The position numbers were made by a program, and so were the translations under genes. From assembly GCF_964204645.1 (NCBI RefSeq), contig NC_134035.1:1984001-2048000 (forward strand): a DNA stretch of 64,000 nt, written 5' to 3'. The first letter of the stretch is position 1, and each line of letters opens with the position of its first letter. A model generated the notes under the pieces. It saw only the letters and a list, made by a program, of their open reading frames with translations. It was not told the DNA's origin and did no database searches. This document shows positions 49,576 through 63,529 of the stretch, piece after piece. Origin of the DNA: Tubulanus polymorphus (taxonomy: Eukaryota; Animalia; Nemertea).

Positions 49576-52226
49576 TGGAGTGATACTCATAAAAATACAG
49601 TGCGGAACTCTGTTTGTGGATTTGTGGAACTCGGTGGACTACCATTACTGCTAGACAAGGGCTAGTGAGTGTGTGAGTAGAATTTCTTATAAGTTTCCAA
49701 AACAATTATGAGAATATGTATTCATCAATTTTAATTTGTGAAAATAAATTATATTATGTTCATTTCTTGTATTTTGTTTGTTGAATTGCATAGAGTTTTG
49801 CATTTAAGATTTTGATTTTATTCGGGCAGTTCCTACAGACCGGTCATACCGGAATATAAGGAGTTTTAAAGGGAGAACTTTTCATATTTCGAGCAAGTGT
49901 CTGCTTCGCTTGCCCAATAACTGTAGACTCTCCTACAGTCGTTTCGTAAGCAAATTTTTAGAATCGACTGAATTCATGAATTTGCAAGTAAGACTTGCAA
50001 ATTCATGACCATGACCGAATGTTTTCATCTATTACTACATCATATTTTTCAGGTTGGAGGCGCAAGGCGTTGGAGGTGCATATATTTGAAACAATATATC
50101 TCGTCGCGCTCGACTAACTGGAGCCACGAGCCTTTTTCCTGTTTGGCGTAACAGTATTTCTCAGCCGACTGAGGGCTATCACCATTCACTTCTTACTCTT
50201 CACCATCAGAATACATTACCACATATTTCCTGAAGATGAAAATTTGGCCAAAATGACTGTCATGTCTGTTTTTAGGATGTTTGTCATCATTAGGAACTAT
50301 AGTACCGGTATTTATTGACATTTTTGTTTGTTGATCAGGACTACATCGAACTGGATGTTGGCAAGCGTTAGAACTCACCGAGAGGATAAACAAACAATCG
50401 AACACATATTGGGAGAACTTGACTTCAGTTATAGTGAACTTTACGAGGACTAAATATGTGACACTACCGATTTGCTTTTGAACTAAAAACAGGGCAACTG
50501 AAAAAAAACTGCGTGGCTTCTAGAACCTGTCGTTCTCTCCCAGACGAAACTAGGAATATCCCCGATTCAAATTTACTCTTAAGCCTAATTCTTTCATAGA
50601 AAGTTGTTCCTTTAATAGTTTCAGGGCATTTTTTCTGGTTACAGTGTTAGTGGTAGTTGAATGCACTATTTTAGAGAATAAAATTTAATATGCTCAGAAT
50701 TCTTCCTTTGGCATGTGAGCCTATCGCTTTACCGGATGCTAATACATTCCGCTGACAAAAGAGTTCTATCAAAAATGGTTTGAAATTCGTTTTAAAAGGA
50801 TGATCCCCTTCAAAAAACCTTAAACGATAGTAGAATTATTCGTATACAATGGAATCGTATTAAACATTGAACGAAATTCGGCTAAGAAAAATATCTTTAT
50901 TACTCGCATTCCACAGTAAGATAGCAAGGCCGAGTTAGATATCTACCGTACAGTGCTGCCCCTATGAATTACGGTAGCGGAATTTCTGTGAACTAAAATA
51001 GTAGCGCATATTTACCGCCGGAATTTAAATTTCCTTATTACGTACAATACGGACCAGTGTGGCGCCTAATTCTGATTGAATATGATACTATGAAAACGTT
51101 CTGAATTTTGTATGATATTTCCTAATTTTTTAGGTAACATATTTAATTCTTTTTAGCTAAAATTCACTTACCTATCAATTAATGTAGTATTTATATACAG
51201 AATAACTTATTCGTTTACATTTTTGAATGATAAAATTGACAAAATGTCCATATGTCCAAAATGTCAATATTCTTTCTTCGATATATTCTAATTACGCAGA
51301 AATAATCAGGGAACATACAAACACCTGTCGTTCTCTCCCAGACCATACTAGAAATACCCCGATTCAAATTTACTCTTTCAAGGCTTATTCTTTTATAGAA
51401 AAATTGTTTGGCCAGACGTTTCAGAGCAGTTTTCAGAGTTTGAGAAATTTCCTCGGAATCCGGCCCGCAAATCGGTAATTAGTTCGTCCATTACGGCCGT
51501 TCGAAGACTCTGGCAAGCGAGTATTATGTTAGTTCACGTTTTCCACGCTATCGTTATACATAGGGGCAGCACTAGACGGTCGAGATTGAATTGATCGCGC
51601 TATTTTACTGTGGAGCGGGCTCAATTCAATCGCTAATTCTTTATTTACAGTGAACTATTCTCTCAATTGATAAAGACTTTAAAGCCACGATGATTTTAAA
51701 TGTACGACTTTTGAATTGGGTGAAATGATAAGAATTCATCATATTTTATGTCCTCACGGGCTCAGGGCCCGGGACGCACAGCCACAGGGAGACCTCACTC
51801 CAATTGACTTCGCAAACACGTCACGACACACTAGTGAGGCCGGCCAGGCCCTGACTCGACCAGTTAGTTACAATGGCTTTCTCCCGGCCACAGGCTGGGC
51901 TCTTGTGAAAAACGAGAATCTGTTAAACCAGTGTGACCAGGGGACTGAAAACTGCTGAAAACCTTTGCTGAAGCCTTTAGGCTACTATGTCAGAGTAATT
52001 GTACTGTTTTGCTCCCCTTTTCACCCATCCTCCCTCAACCTCTCACCCCATCCTCCCTCAACCTCTCACCCCATCCTCCCTCAACCTCACCCAACCTCAT
52101 CATCCCATTGTCCCCAACCTCTCACCCCATCCTCCCTCAACCTCTCACCCCATCCTCCCCCAACCTCTCACCCCATCCTCCCCCAACTTCTCGCAGTCAG
52201 TCTCCCTGTTTATGTGATTTCAATTT

Positions 52227-53080
52227 AATCGTGACAATGTAAATAAAACCCGATCAAGACTGTATATATGTAAGTGTACAAACATGTATTCAATATTCAC
52301 GTGTCTGTGCCGCTTTCTTACTGACGGTCTATCAATACGCATAGCACTGTCCGTTTGATTGCGATACATTCACGGACCTAACTCACTGTATATTAGAAAC
52401 ACATAACTGCTCCCAGTGTAAAACTTATACTTTTAGGCAAATTCAGCACCAGATGTGAAGTACCAACTGCGCACCCCTTGACGGAGAAACCCATCCTAAT
52501 CGGAGCTGCACCGTCGATGTCATACAACTACACTTCGGATACCCCAGGGCCATACTCTCATCTGGAAAATTTGCGTTTGGAAATGTGCTTTCTTCCTATC
52601 TAGTCAACACGCGGGATCATCAACTTAGAGGACTTCTACATCAACATCTACCCGAGGAAAAAAACCACACTAAACTATCGGACTATTTACACGTAGAAAA
52701 CGACCAAAAAAATATAAAAATGGACAAAATGATCTTGTAATATAGCTATTTCCAGAATCTCATTGTATTAAATTAGGCAGCCAGAAAAATTCATCCCAAT
52801 CAGTCGCTTGCCGGTTCAGACTGAATGGAAGATTGTTTGGATGAACCGGAACCGAATTTCCAATTATGTACTTCGATTTTAAAATATTCTGTTTACTCGA
52901 CCGCCGATCACACATCTATATCTGTACTTCGATTTCCGATTTCAAAATCAAACCCCCTGTTTCGCTCCCGGCAGGTGTGGTGGGTCTGTAAGGGACACTC
53001 AATCGAAAAATCAAACAAAATTTACCAGCCAAATAAATAAATAATGGGGACAATCCCTATTTTAAGATAAAAAAAAAAAA
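52227..53080 (+). mobile_element. Retroposed insertion with A12 tail and 15-bp TSD ATGTGATTTCAATTT
   Basis: TSD at 52212-52226 and 53080-53094; poly(A) 53069-53080; empty sites in sister units (~49329, ~56475). Confidence 0.85.
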
Positions 53081-53539
53081 TGTGATTTCAATTTTATTTT
53101 TCAGGTTTTCCTCTGTCGGGCAGTGGTGTAAACTTCATCACGAATGCTGGACGTGGTGGACATCAACTGAAATTTATCACAGTTTTACTTCTTCAGTCAA
53201 CTTCTTCCGGACTACTAGTGAACTAACCCGACTATATGTGAACTAACCGGACCATTTAGTCCATTTAGGACCATTTAGATTGATACTCATAAAAAACAGT
53301 CAGTGGTGGATTCCAGGAGGTGTTGAACTCTGTATGTGGATTTGTGGGATTCGGTGGACTACCATTACTGCTAGACAAGGGCTGGTGAGTGTGAGTAGAA
53401 TTTCTTAAAAGTTTCCCAAACAATTATGAGAAAGCTGTTTATCTGTAAACACTGTTCACTGCATTTCATAAGAATTGTCAATGTGGTTATTTGAAGCAGC
53501 CTGTAATTGTGTTGCGGGAATTATAATTCAGGGTTTTTA

Positions 53540-54300
53540 GTAAGAGCATCAATTTCTACCTTAAAAATTAATTGAATATTTGACATCATTGAATAAAAAT
53601 CGTTTTTGGACCGAATTTCGCGGGCGAATTTCATCAAAATTTGTGACGAAATTAAGGGGGTCAAAACACAAAATCCTGAATATCTCATTTTAGGAGCCTC
53701 GGATCCTAAATCTAACCTCATATTTGTAACCAGCACCCTAAAAAACATGTCTGCACTAAATTTTATTAAAATTGGGCCAAAAAAATATTTTGACTTTGTA
53801 CTCCATTTTTGGGGTGCATATTTTGGGCATTAAAACCCTTATTTGCCCATGAAGATGAATTCCGATTCAAAATCTGATTGCGGATCCGGAATCTACACCT
53901 CAGAATACATATTCCTACCAAATTTCGAAGGAATCAGAGAAAAAAAAGTTTTCGCCGAAAAAAAAACTCCTGGACTAACACCTTAGATTTTTGCCATTTT
54001 TTGCCAAAAAATCGAAACTCTTCGATTTGCTTGAAATTTCAGTCATTTATATTGTCAGGGGTGCTGATTCCAAATCTGCAATCAGATTTTGAATATCTCG
54101 AAAACTCTGGGGTCAAAGGCCTTTTGAAAATTTAGGGATCCCCCAAAAAATTCGAATTTCTCATTTTCTGGGCCTCGGATCCTAAAAATTCGTTCAGATT
54201 TGTGATCAGCACCCCAGAATACAAGTCTAACCGGAATTTCATCAAAATCGGAGACAAAAAATATTTGACCCCTGACACTCATTTTGGGGAGTAGCCTACC
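53540..54300. mobile_element. Non-autonomous DNA-transposon-like repeat with internal TCAGCACCC / AATTTCATCAAAAT sub-repeats (also ~46520-47125 and ~56975-57725)
   Basis: Motifs repeated in both orientations, no transposase ORF; ends not resolved. Confidence 0.5.
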
Positions 54301-57300
54301 TTAGATTGCCATTTCTCTGATATACCGGTAACTAGACACTCTTACACTGTGTATAACTGTTCGGTGGCCTCAAATCTATTAAGTTTCATTTATATCTTTT
54401 AGGATGTTTCTCATCATTAGGATGGAATTATTGACTTTTTGAGTTTGATGATCAGGATCAGATGAACTGGATGAATATGTGTTGGCAGTGTTAGAACTCA
54501 CCGGGAGGATAAACAAACAAACGAACAAATATTGGGAGAACTTGACTTCAAATTTACTCTTCTTTAATAGTTTCCGAGCATTATTTCTGGTTACAGTGTT
54601 AGTGGTAGTTGAATGCACTATTTTAGAGAATAAAATTAAATTTGCTTGAAATTCTTCCTTTGGCATGTGAGCTTAGCGCTTTACTGGATGCTAATACATT
54701 CCGCAGACAAAAGAGTTCTATCACAAACGGTTTATAAATTCGTTTTAGAAAGAGAATCCCCTTCTAAAAACCTTAAACGATAGTCGAATTATTCATATAC
54801 AATGGAATCGTATTAGATAATCAACGAAATTCGGCTAAGAAAAATATCTGTATTACTCGCATGCCACAGTAAAATCGCAAGGCTGAGTTAGATATTTACC
54901 GTACAGTGCTGCCCCTATGAATAACGATAGCGGAATTTCTGCGAACTAAAATAGTAGCGCATATTTACCGCCGGAATTTAAATGTCCTTATTACGTACAA
55001 TACCGACCAGTTTGTTGTCTAATTCTGATTTAATATGATACTATGAATACGTTCTGAATTTTGTATGATATTTCCTTATTTTTAGGTAACATATTTAATT
55101 TTTTTTAGCTAAAATTCACTTACTTATCAATTGATATAGTATTTGTATACAGAATAAATTATTCATTTTCATTTTTTAATGATAATTTATCATCAGAATT
55201 GACAAAATGTTCATATTTTTTCTTCGATTATAGTCTATTTGCGCGCAAATAAACAGGGAACATACAAACACCTATCGCTCTCTCCCAGACCATACTAGAA
55301 ATACCCCGATTCATCTTAACTCTTTTAAGGCTCATTCTCTTATAGAAAAACTGTTTGGTTTGAACGTTTGAGAGCAGTTTTCAGAGTTTGAGAATTTTCC
55401 TCGGAATCCGGCCCGCAAATCGGTAATTAGTTCGTCCACTCCTGCCGTTCGAAGACTCTGGCAAGCGAGCATTATGTTAGTTCACATTTTCCACGCTATC
55501 GTTATACATAGCGGCAGCACTAGACGGTCGAGATTGAATTAATCGCGCAATTTTACTGTGGAGCGGGCTCAATTCAATCGCTAATTCTTTATTTACAGTG
55601 AACTATTCCCTCAATTGATAAAGACTTTAAAGCCGCGATGATTCTAAATGTACGAATTTTGATATTGGTAAAAAAGATAAAAATTCATACATGATATTTC
55701 ATTTTCATGTCCTCAGGTACACACACAGTTTAGGGGGACCTCACTCCAGTGACTTCGCAGACACTTCACGACAGTCAGTGGAGGCCGGGACCTACTCAAA
55801 TTTAGTCTGAATCAGTCAGTCGTTTTTACTACGGGTTCTGGGTTGTTTAGGGAACGACGGCTAGGTGCTAGACTAACAGGGACCTCACTCGGTGTCAAAA
55901 ACCACTTTCTAGCCTACACGGGCCGCACTACCCTAGCCGCTTGCATTGCACATGGTGCAGCAGGCGATAGTTTCACAAATCTTGATGAACTGTTCTTCAA
56001 CTTCCTCCGGCACCACATCTTGTTCAGCAGGTTAAGACCAGCTGACTCGACCAGTTAGTTACACCAGCTTTCTCCCACTGCCACAGGCTGGGCTCTTGTG
56101 TAAAACGTGAATCTGTTAATCCAGCGTGACTGAAAACTGCTGAAAACTTTTGCTTAAGCCTGAGTTATTGTGTTTGCTTCTCTTTTCACCCATCCTCCCC
56201 AACCTCTCACCCCACCCTCCCTCAACCTCTCACCCCATCCTCTCTCAACCTCTCACCCCATCCTCCCTCAACCTCTCACCCCATCCTCCCCAACCTCTCA
56301 TCCCATCCTCCCCCACCTCTCACCCCATCCTCCCCAACCTCTCATCCCATACTCCCTCAACCTCTCACCCCATCCTCCCCAACCTCTCATCCAATTGTCC
56401 CTCAACCTCTCACCACATCCTCCCCCAACCTCTCATCCCATCCTCCCTCAACTTCTCAGTTAGTCTCCCTGTTAATGTGATTTCAATTTTATATTTCAGG
56501 TTTTCTTCGGGCTGTTGTATAAACTTCATCATGAATACTGGACGTTGACTTCAACTGAAATTCATCACAGTTTTACTTCTTCAGTCAACTTCTTCCGGAC
56601 TACTAGTGAACTAACTGGACTACTAGTCAACTAACCGGACTATTAGTGAACTAACTGGACTATTTGTGAACTAACCAGACTATATGTGAACTAACTGGAC
56701 TATTTAGTCAACTAACCGGACTATAAGTGGATAAAAAAACAGTCAGTGGTGGACTCCAGGAGGTGTATGTGGATTTGTGGAACTCAGTGGACTACCATTA
56801 CTGCTAGACAAGGGCTAGTGAGTGTGTGAGTAGAATTTCTTATAAGTTTCCCAAACAATTATGAGAAAGCAGTTTATCTGTAAACACTGTTTTCTGCATT
56901 TCATAAGAATTTTCAATGTGGTTATTTGAGGCAGCCTGTAATTGTGTTGCAGGAATTATAATTCAGGGTTTTAGTAAGAGCATCAATTTCTACCTTAAAA
57001 ATTAATTGAATATTTGATCATTGAATAATATTCGATTTTGGGCCGAATTTCCCAGGCAAATTTCATCAAAATTTGTGACGAAATTAAGGGGGTCAAAACA
57101 CGAAATCCTGAATATCTCATTTTAGGTGCCTCGGATCCAAAATCTAACCCCATATTCGTAATCAGCACCCCAAAAAACATGTCTGCACTAAGTTTTATTA
57201 AAATTGGGCCAAAAAAATATTTTGACTTTGTACCCCATTTTTGGGGTGCATATTTTGGGCATTAAAACCCATATTTGCCCAAGAAGATGAATTCCGATTC

Positions 57301-58169
57301 ATAATCTGATTGCGGATCCGGAATCTACACCTTAGAATACATATTCCTACCAATTTTAGAAGGAATCAGAGAAAAAAAAGTTTTCGCCGAAAAAAAACTC
57401 CTGGACCTTAGATTTTTGCCATTTTTGGCCAAAAAACCGAATCTCTTCGATTTGCTTGAAATTTTAGTCCTTTATATTTTCAGGGGTGCTGATTCCAAAT
57501 CTGCAATCAGATTTTGAATATCTCGAAAACTCTGGGGTCCAAGGCCTTTTGAAAATATAGGGGGGTCCCCCAATAATTCGAATTTCTCATTTTCTGGGCC
57601 TCAGATCCGAAAAATTCTTTCAGATTTGTAATCAGCACCCAAGGATACATGTCTATACTGAATTTCATCAAAATCGGAGACAAAAAATATTTGACCCCTG
57701 ACACTCATTTTGGGGAGTAGCCTACCTGAGATTGCCATTTCTCTGATACACCGGTAACTAGACTTAACTCTTACACTGTGTATAACTGATTGGTTGCCTC
57801 AATTCTATAAAGTTTCATTTATATCTTTTAGGATGTTTGTCATCACTAGGATGGAATTATTGACGTTTGTGTTTGATGATCAGGACTACATCAGATGAAC
57901 TGGATAAAATATGTGTTGGCAGCATTAGAACTCACCGGGAGGATAAACAAACAAACGAACACATATTGAGAGAACTTGACTTCAGTTATAGTGAACTTTA
58001 TGTCCACGAGGACTAACTATGTGATGACTTTGCTGCTGATGGGATAAATATCTGTTTGAACTAAAAACTGTAAAACTAAAAGTACTGATGGCATCTAGAA
58101 TCTGCCGGATAGAAAACAACGAGGAACATAGAAGTTCAGGTGATATACAATCCCCTCTCTGTCTCTTTC

Positions 58170-58425
58170 TATCATCTCTCATACTCATCTCATTCTCATC
58201 CTCATCTCACTCTTTCTCATTCTCATCTCATACTCATCTCTCATACTCATCTCTCATACTCATCTCTCATACTCATCTCTCATACTCATCTCTCATCCTC
58301 ATCTCTCATCTCACTCTTTCATCCTCATCTCATACTCATCTCATTCTCATCCTCATTTCACTCTTTTTCTCATTCTCATCTCTCTCATCACTCATCTTAC
58401 TCATCCTCACTCTGGTCTCATTCAC
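58170..58425. repeat. CTCAT-rich low-complexity/microsatellite tract
   Basis: Repeated CTCATACTCATCT. Confidence 0.9.
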
Positions 58426-58541
58426 CATCTACCGGGTTGTGATAGGAACTAGTTCCTGTCTCGCCCGGTAGATGGCATTATTTTTTTAATAAAATTTGCT
58501 TAAGCAATGGATAAATATGAGTTCCCCTGCGGCCGTCATTA

Positions 58542-58606
58542 CGTCCCTATAGCGTAGTGGGTAGGGTGCTGGACTGCTAGACCAGTGGTTGGTGGTTCAA
58601 ATCCCG
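58542..58606 (+). mobile_element. tRNA-derived SINE head
   Basis: A-box-like TAGCGTAGTGG and B-box GGTTCAAATCC at tRNA-like spacing; acceptor stem does not close. Confidence 0.55.
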
Positions 58607-58964
58607 TATTTTTAAATAATATTTTATTGGTTGTTGATTAAATAAAATGTTGAATTTTGATTTTGTTCGTTTCAATAAAATGTTGAATTTTACTTTTGCA
58701 AACAAGCTGTAACAAATTCCTACTTTGAATGTGGAATAAATCCTTTGATTTGTACTTTGCGTTTGTCCTTTCCTTTTTGACTTTTCCTTGAACGTGAGAA
58801 GTTGTAAGAGAGTCCTTTCCGGGGCAAGTGGAAGTTGTGAGAGGGGAGAGTCCTTTCCGGGGCAAAGTGCCCGAGACAAAGAGATTTTATTAAAGAGAGC
58901 ATTTTATAAATGGACGTTTATTTATTTACGTTACTTTTTATAACATGCGGCAAAACGAAATAAT

Positions 58965-59330
58965 GAGTAGAGTCTGCGTCTCGAGGTTTGAGGATGATGC
59001 TGTAGTCGGAGTAGAGTCTGCGTCTCGAGGTTTGACGATGGTGCTGTAGTCGGAGTAGAGTCTGCGTCTCGAGGTTTGAAGATGGTTCTGTAGTCGGAGT
59101 AGAGTCTGCGTCTCGAGGTTTGAAGATTGTTTTGTAGTCTCTCGAGGTTTGAAGATGGTTCTGTAGTCGGAGTAGAGTCTGCGTCTCGAGGTTTGAGGAT
59201 GGTACTGTAGTCGGAGTAGAGTCTGCTTCGAGGTTTGAAGATGGTTCTGTAGTCGGAGTAGGGTCTGCGTCTCAAGGTTTGACGATGGTACTGTAGTCGG
59301 AGTAGAGTCTGCGTCTCGAGGTTTGAAGAT
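58965..59330. repeat. 44-bp tandem repeat (GTAGAGTCTGCGTCTCGAGGTTTGAAGATGGTTCTGTAGTCGGA) x~8
   Basis: Direct copies at 58967, 59011, 59055, 59099 and onward. Confidence 0.93.
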
Positions 59331-59488
59331 ATTGCCGTCACTCAAATATTGCCGGCTGAAAAACAAATCGGATAATCGTCAAGCTAATGAAGATGCAAAA
59401 TGTACGGATGGGTATAGTTTAATATAATTACCTTATCTTAATGTAAAGATACCGAAACAGCAAAATGTGAGTTGATGCGGTTTCCAAT

Positions 59489-59700
<212 letters not shown>

Positions 59701-60949
59701 CTAGTTCAGGACGTTGCGACAAACGAATTGTGTGTACATGTAGTAGTTGTCAGTAGTAGCGAACTGGTTTCGGTTTAACCCTAAAAAGACACAATATTCA
59801 TAATGTATGAATGTGCGCGAAATAGAACATCGGAAATCAGCGACAACAGCAACTCGTCTTCATCAGCAAATTAGCCGTCATCTGTTTGTAGTGGAAATCC
59901 GACATCAACAGCAGCAGCAACACCAGTAAAAGCAGCAGCAGTATCGGGATCTCCTCCGCAATCGTCAGCACCAACAGCCGCCAGTCTCATCTTGCGTTCT
60001 CAATCGCTAGGCGTCACAAATTCCTTCACGTTCCAGTCTCTCCTTACATCATCAGCCGCTTATTAGTTGGTTCTTCGCTTGAAGCCACACTTTCTTCACG
60101 CCTTGTTTCAGAGCTCTTATAGGTTGACCTTCATCACTGGACATCAGTTCTCGGACTGGCATCGGGCGGCTCGAACCGCGCTTCTAATACCTACGTCAAC
60201 CAATCAGCGACGGTGCATCATCGATGCGACCGGATTGGATCAATCAGAAAGCTCGATCGCGCATTCCTGTGACAGACCCGAGTCCGTGACGCTAATCCGC
60301 AAGAACCATTCAATTCGTGCCAAACATTTTCAATGGGGCCTACAGGTCATCGAGTTTAATTCGACTATTCATAGAGGCACACATTGTTAAAGATAGAAAT
60401 ATCGAATGCGACGATTTTAGGCTGAAATTGTATGCTGAAATTTTATCTAATGGTTTAGATAAACTCCAACAAACTTTAGTGTAGATTTCCCTTCTATTTA
60501 AGTCTGGTTTTGAACTGTAATACCGGCTCAATTTTACTTTTTCGAGTTTTGCTTTAGGATATTGAAGTTTGCTTAAGGGTTTGTGCAGTCACGCGGCACT
60601 ATTGTGTAGTAGAGCGTATGGCATTTCTCCAGTGAGTTATTCTCTATTAGATAGAGTCGTTTTGAATCCGAATTTATACACAAGTTCACCAGACATCGCC
60701 GCGTACACATCTTCTTTAATTGAAATCTGGTGATGTTAAAGAATTATCTCAAAGTTTTATCATCAGTTGAGAAAGAACTGTGATTGATCACCGCGCGCTG
60801 CTTGCACCGAATAGTCGCTTGGATTTCTTCAGTTCGAGGAAATAAAAAAGTTTCCCAAACCCTCACCACTAAACTTAAAATAACAAACTAATATTGTAAA
60901 AAAGTCGAAGCCCCTGGTGAAATTACTCCGCTGCCGGGACCGGTATTGT

Positions 60950-61182
60950 GGGATAAATAAATAATTCAGCCAGAAACGACTGAATTAAACATAATTTACC
61001 CCACACCAGTTATTTTGTAGGACTCACGCATTAGCAACCTCATTCCAGGGAGGACAGTACTCTCGACTCGCCCGCTTACCGGAGATCACTTGCCACATCC
61101 TGACCCGCCTCCTCCGAGACTCGAACCTGGGCCACAGCGGTGACACGCTAGTCGCCGACCGACTAAGCCATCCGGTCCGCCC
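60950..61182 (-). mobile_element. tRNA-derived SINE
   Basis: Minus strand GGGCGGACCGGATGGCTTAGTCGG (A box) ... GGTTCGAGTCTC (B box), then a non-tRNA body; 3' end approximate. Confidence 0.65.
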
Positions 61183-62166
61183 GATTGTGACAGGAAAACA
61201 TTCGAACATATTCCACGGCCATTCACATTCGGACAAAAGACCATGACGTCACAATGGTCAACGCCGTGACGATGTCGACTCAGACTGAAATCGCCCGTTT
61301 CTGACCAAACTTGCAGCTCCAGAGTCTATATCTTGAATCTCTACAAATATATACTGATCGTTGCAGCATATTAGGCCTAGATACGACGGGTGGTTTTTGA
61401 ATTTGAGAGTTCTAAATAGCGTATTTCCGTTTCAAAAATCCAATATCCTAAATCCCACAAAACTCTACGTGCGTCTCGTATGACAGCCGATCTGACTCAT
61501 GTACAGAATATATAAAGACTAATCACGTCCCGGTCACGGCCATGGTTCCAGTTAAGTCGTGCGCGACACATTTTGTTCAAATACGTATGCAACTTGCGCC
61601 TCTTAACCCTTAAAAAACTTCGATTATAGTTAAGGAATGATTATTTTACTTTTAATATCACTATCATCAACGGCCAAAACCATTCCTTGGCCATTCATTG
61701 TCGAACGAAAGTTGGGCTCGGCTGATAATGGTTTTCACCCCACATACCCAAACTAACTTTTGAAATAATCAAACCTTTAGAAAGAGGGGTATCCCGGTAC
61801 AGGTATGCCAGTACATCCGAGCCGAATATAGAAGGAAATCCCCCACCTGTTTGGTACTCTTTCTCCAGGCGAAAAAGTCCAGAAAATCCCTTGTTTTAAC
61901 ATCAATCTGTCTCTCAGGACCAATGGATTTGGGGTCCCTCTTCATTACAATTATGGTCTGATGCCTGACTGGATAAATGGATGACTGGTGACCGAATGAC
62001 CGAGTGACTGATTGATGAGATATTCTTAACAATACAATCTAGGAAATGCAGAAATCACAGAGGACCCTTAAGGCGGGGATCTGAGACATAGACTTCTGGA
62101 CCCCGTCAATAACTGTGCAAAATGAATGAAGCGTATTCGAAGGAGAAAAGGTGGCACCAGACTGAA

Positions 62167-62800
62167 TCATACGTATTTATAACTTCCAAATTAGATTACT
62201 GTAATAGTCTTCTCTACGGTCTTCCGAATTGTTATATTTCTCGCCTACAAATGCTTCAAAATTCTGCCGCACGCCTAGTCACTCTAACTAAGAAGCACGA
62301 GCATATCACTCCTATACTGTATGAACTACATTGGCTCCCTGTTCAATCGCGCATTGAATACAAAATTCTCCTGTTAACTTTTAAAATTTTGCATGACCAA
62401 GCTCCAGCCTATCTTTCGTCTGTTTTAACCACTCTTACACCTTCCAGACACACGCGCTCGACCGTGGCAACTAAATTATTTGAACCGAGATACCGCCAAG
62501 AATTTTATGGCTCTCGAGCTTTTGCGGTGGTAGCCCCCCGCCTTTGGAATGCTTTGCCACAGTCGATGCGCGATTTATCTTCCCTTAATAGTTTTACCTC
62601 GCAATTGAAAACGCACCTATTTAATCAGCACTACAAATGATTTTACTTGAAGCAACCGTTTGAAATTAAATATCTATTTTATTGGGTAATATTTTATATA
62701 TCTGTCAATTGTCTTATGTTTTTGTCAATTTGTAAAGTCTGTTGAGATATTTTATGTAACGGACTGTAAATAAATATTATTATTATTATTATTATTATTA
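62167..62800 (+). mobile_element. 5'-truncated CR1/L2-group LINE: ORF2 C-terminus, 3' UTR and (ATT)n tail
   Basis: [17 protein letters not shown]...[12 protein letters not shown]...[28 protein letters not shown]...APRLWNALP...LKTHLF is the characteristic post-RT region of L2/CR1-group elements; (ATT)n at ~62774-62800. Confidence 0.92.
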
Positions 62801-63529
62801 CTTATTCAGTAATCCAATACGCACTAAGCCTCAGAAATGGTGATCGATGGTGGTTTTAATTCCGGGAAGCAGTATTTTCCTATGGGGGCAGGAGAAATTC
62901 TCCGCTTTATTCTCCGGAGTAAATGGATAGATGATTGATATCGTAGCCAGGCCTGTAACGTGGCCGGTTTTATAGGCAGTTTGCTTTCCCTATAAAGTTT
63001 CCTTAAAATGTGGACTTTTAAGTGGACCTTTTTGAAAAGGCGCTCGAAGGTAAAAACGGAGCCTAGTGACAACGGCATTATGTGTTCGCAATGCAAGGCT
63101 CCCTACGGAGTCCAACGCTAGTCCTAGGTATCTGTAGCACTATAAGATCGGGTAGGACATACGACAAGCCTAGGATTTTATTCATTTCCAGCAAATTCAT
63201 TTTTCAGAGCGAACTGTTTTGGGATTTCCGGCGGTATGTCGTAAACCACCTGAACTATACCCCCCCCCCCCCACTCCGCTGCAGGCCCGGTTGTTCGGAA
63301 GTTACTACTCCCCAGTCACTACACAGATTATAAGCTAGAGATAAAATGTTAATACCAGTCTATGAGTGTCACTGGTCAGTATATAGCCGCAGTGTATAGA
63401 TTTTAAAAAAGAGCAAAAAACAACCCTCTAAATTTGGGAAACTTTAATATTTATTCAATTCCTCGAACTGAAGAAATCCGAGCGACTATTCGGTGCAAGC
63501 AGCGTGGGATAACCTCACGTCGATCTTAA

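Larger units (their letters stand above)
46500..58100. repeat. Tandem segmental duplication of a ~3.3-kb unit: ~46500-49720, diverged ~50265-53530, ~53540-56960, partial ~56970-58100
   Basis: Landmark GGGAGTAGCCTACCT(T)AGATTGCCATTTCTCTGATA at ~47112, ~54287, ~57714; near-identical 71-aa ORFs at 48693 and 55843; shared C-rich minisatellites. Confidence 0.93.

Noticed and set aside
58542-58615. Genuine tRNA genes here, at 4240-4330 or at 61100-61182
   Set aside because: A and B boxes are present but acceptor/anticodon stems do not pair properly; treated as SINE heads.
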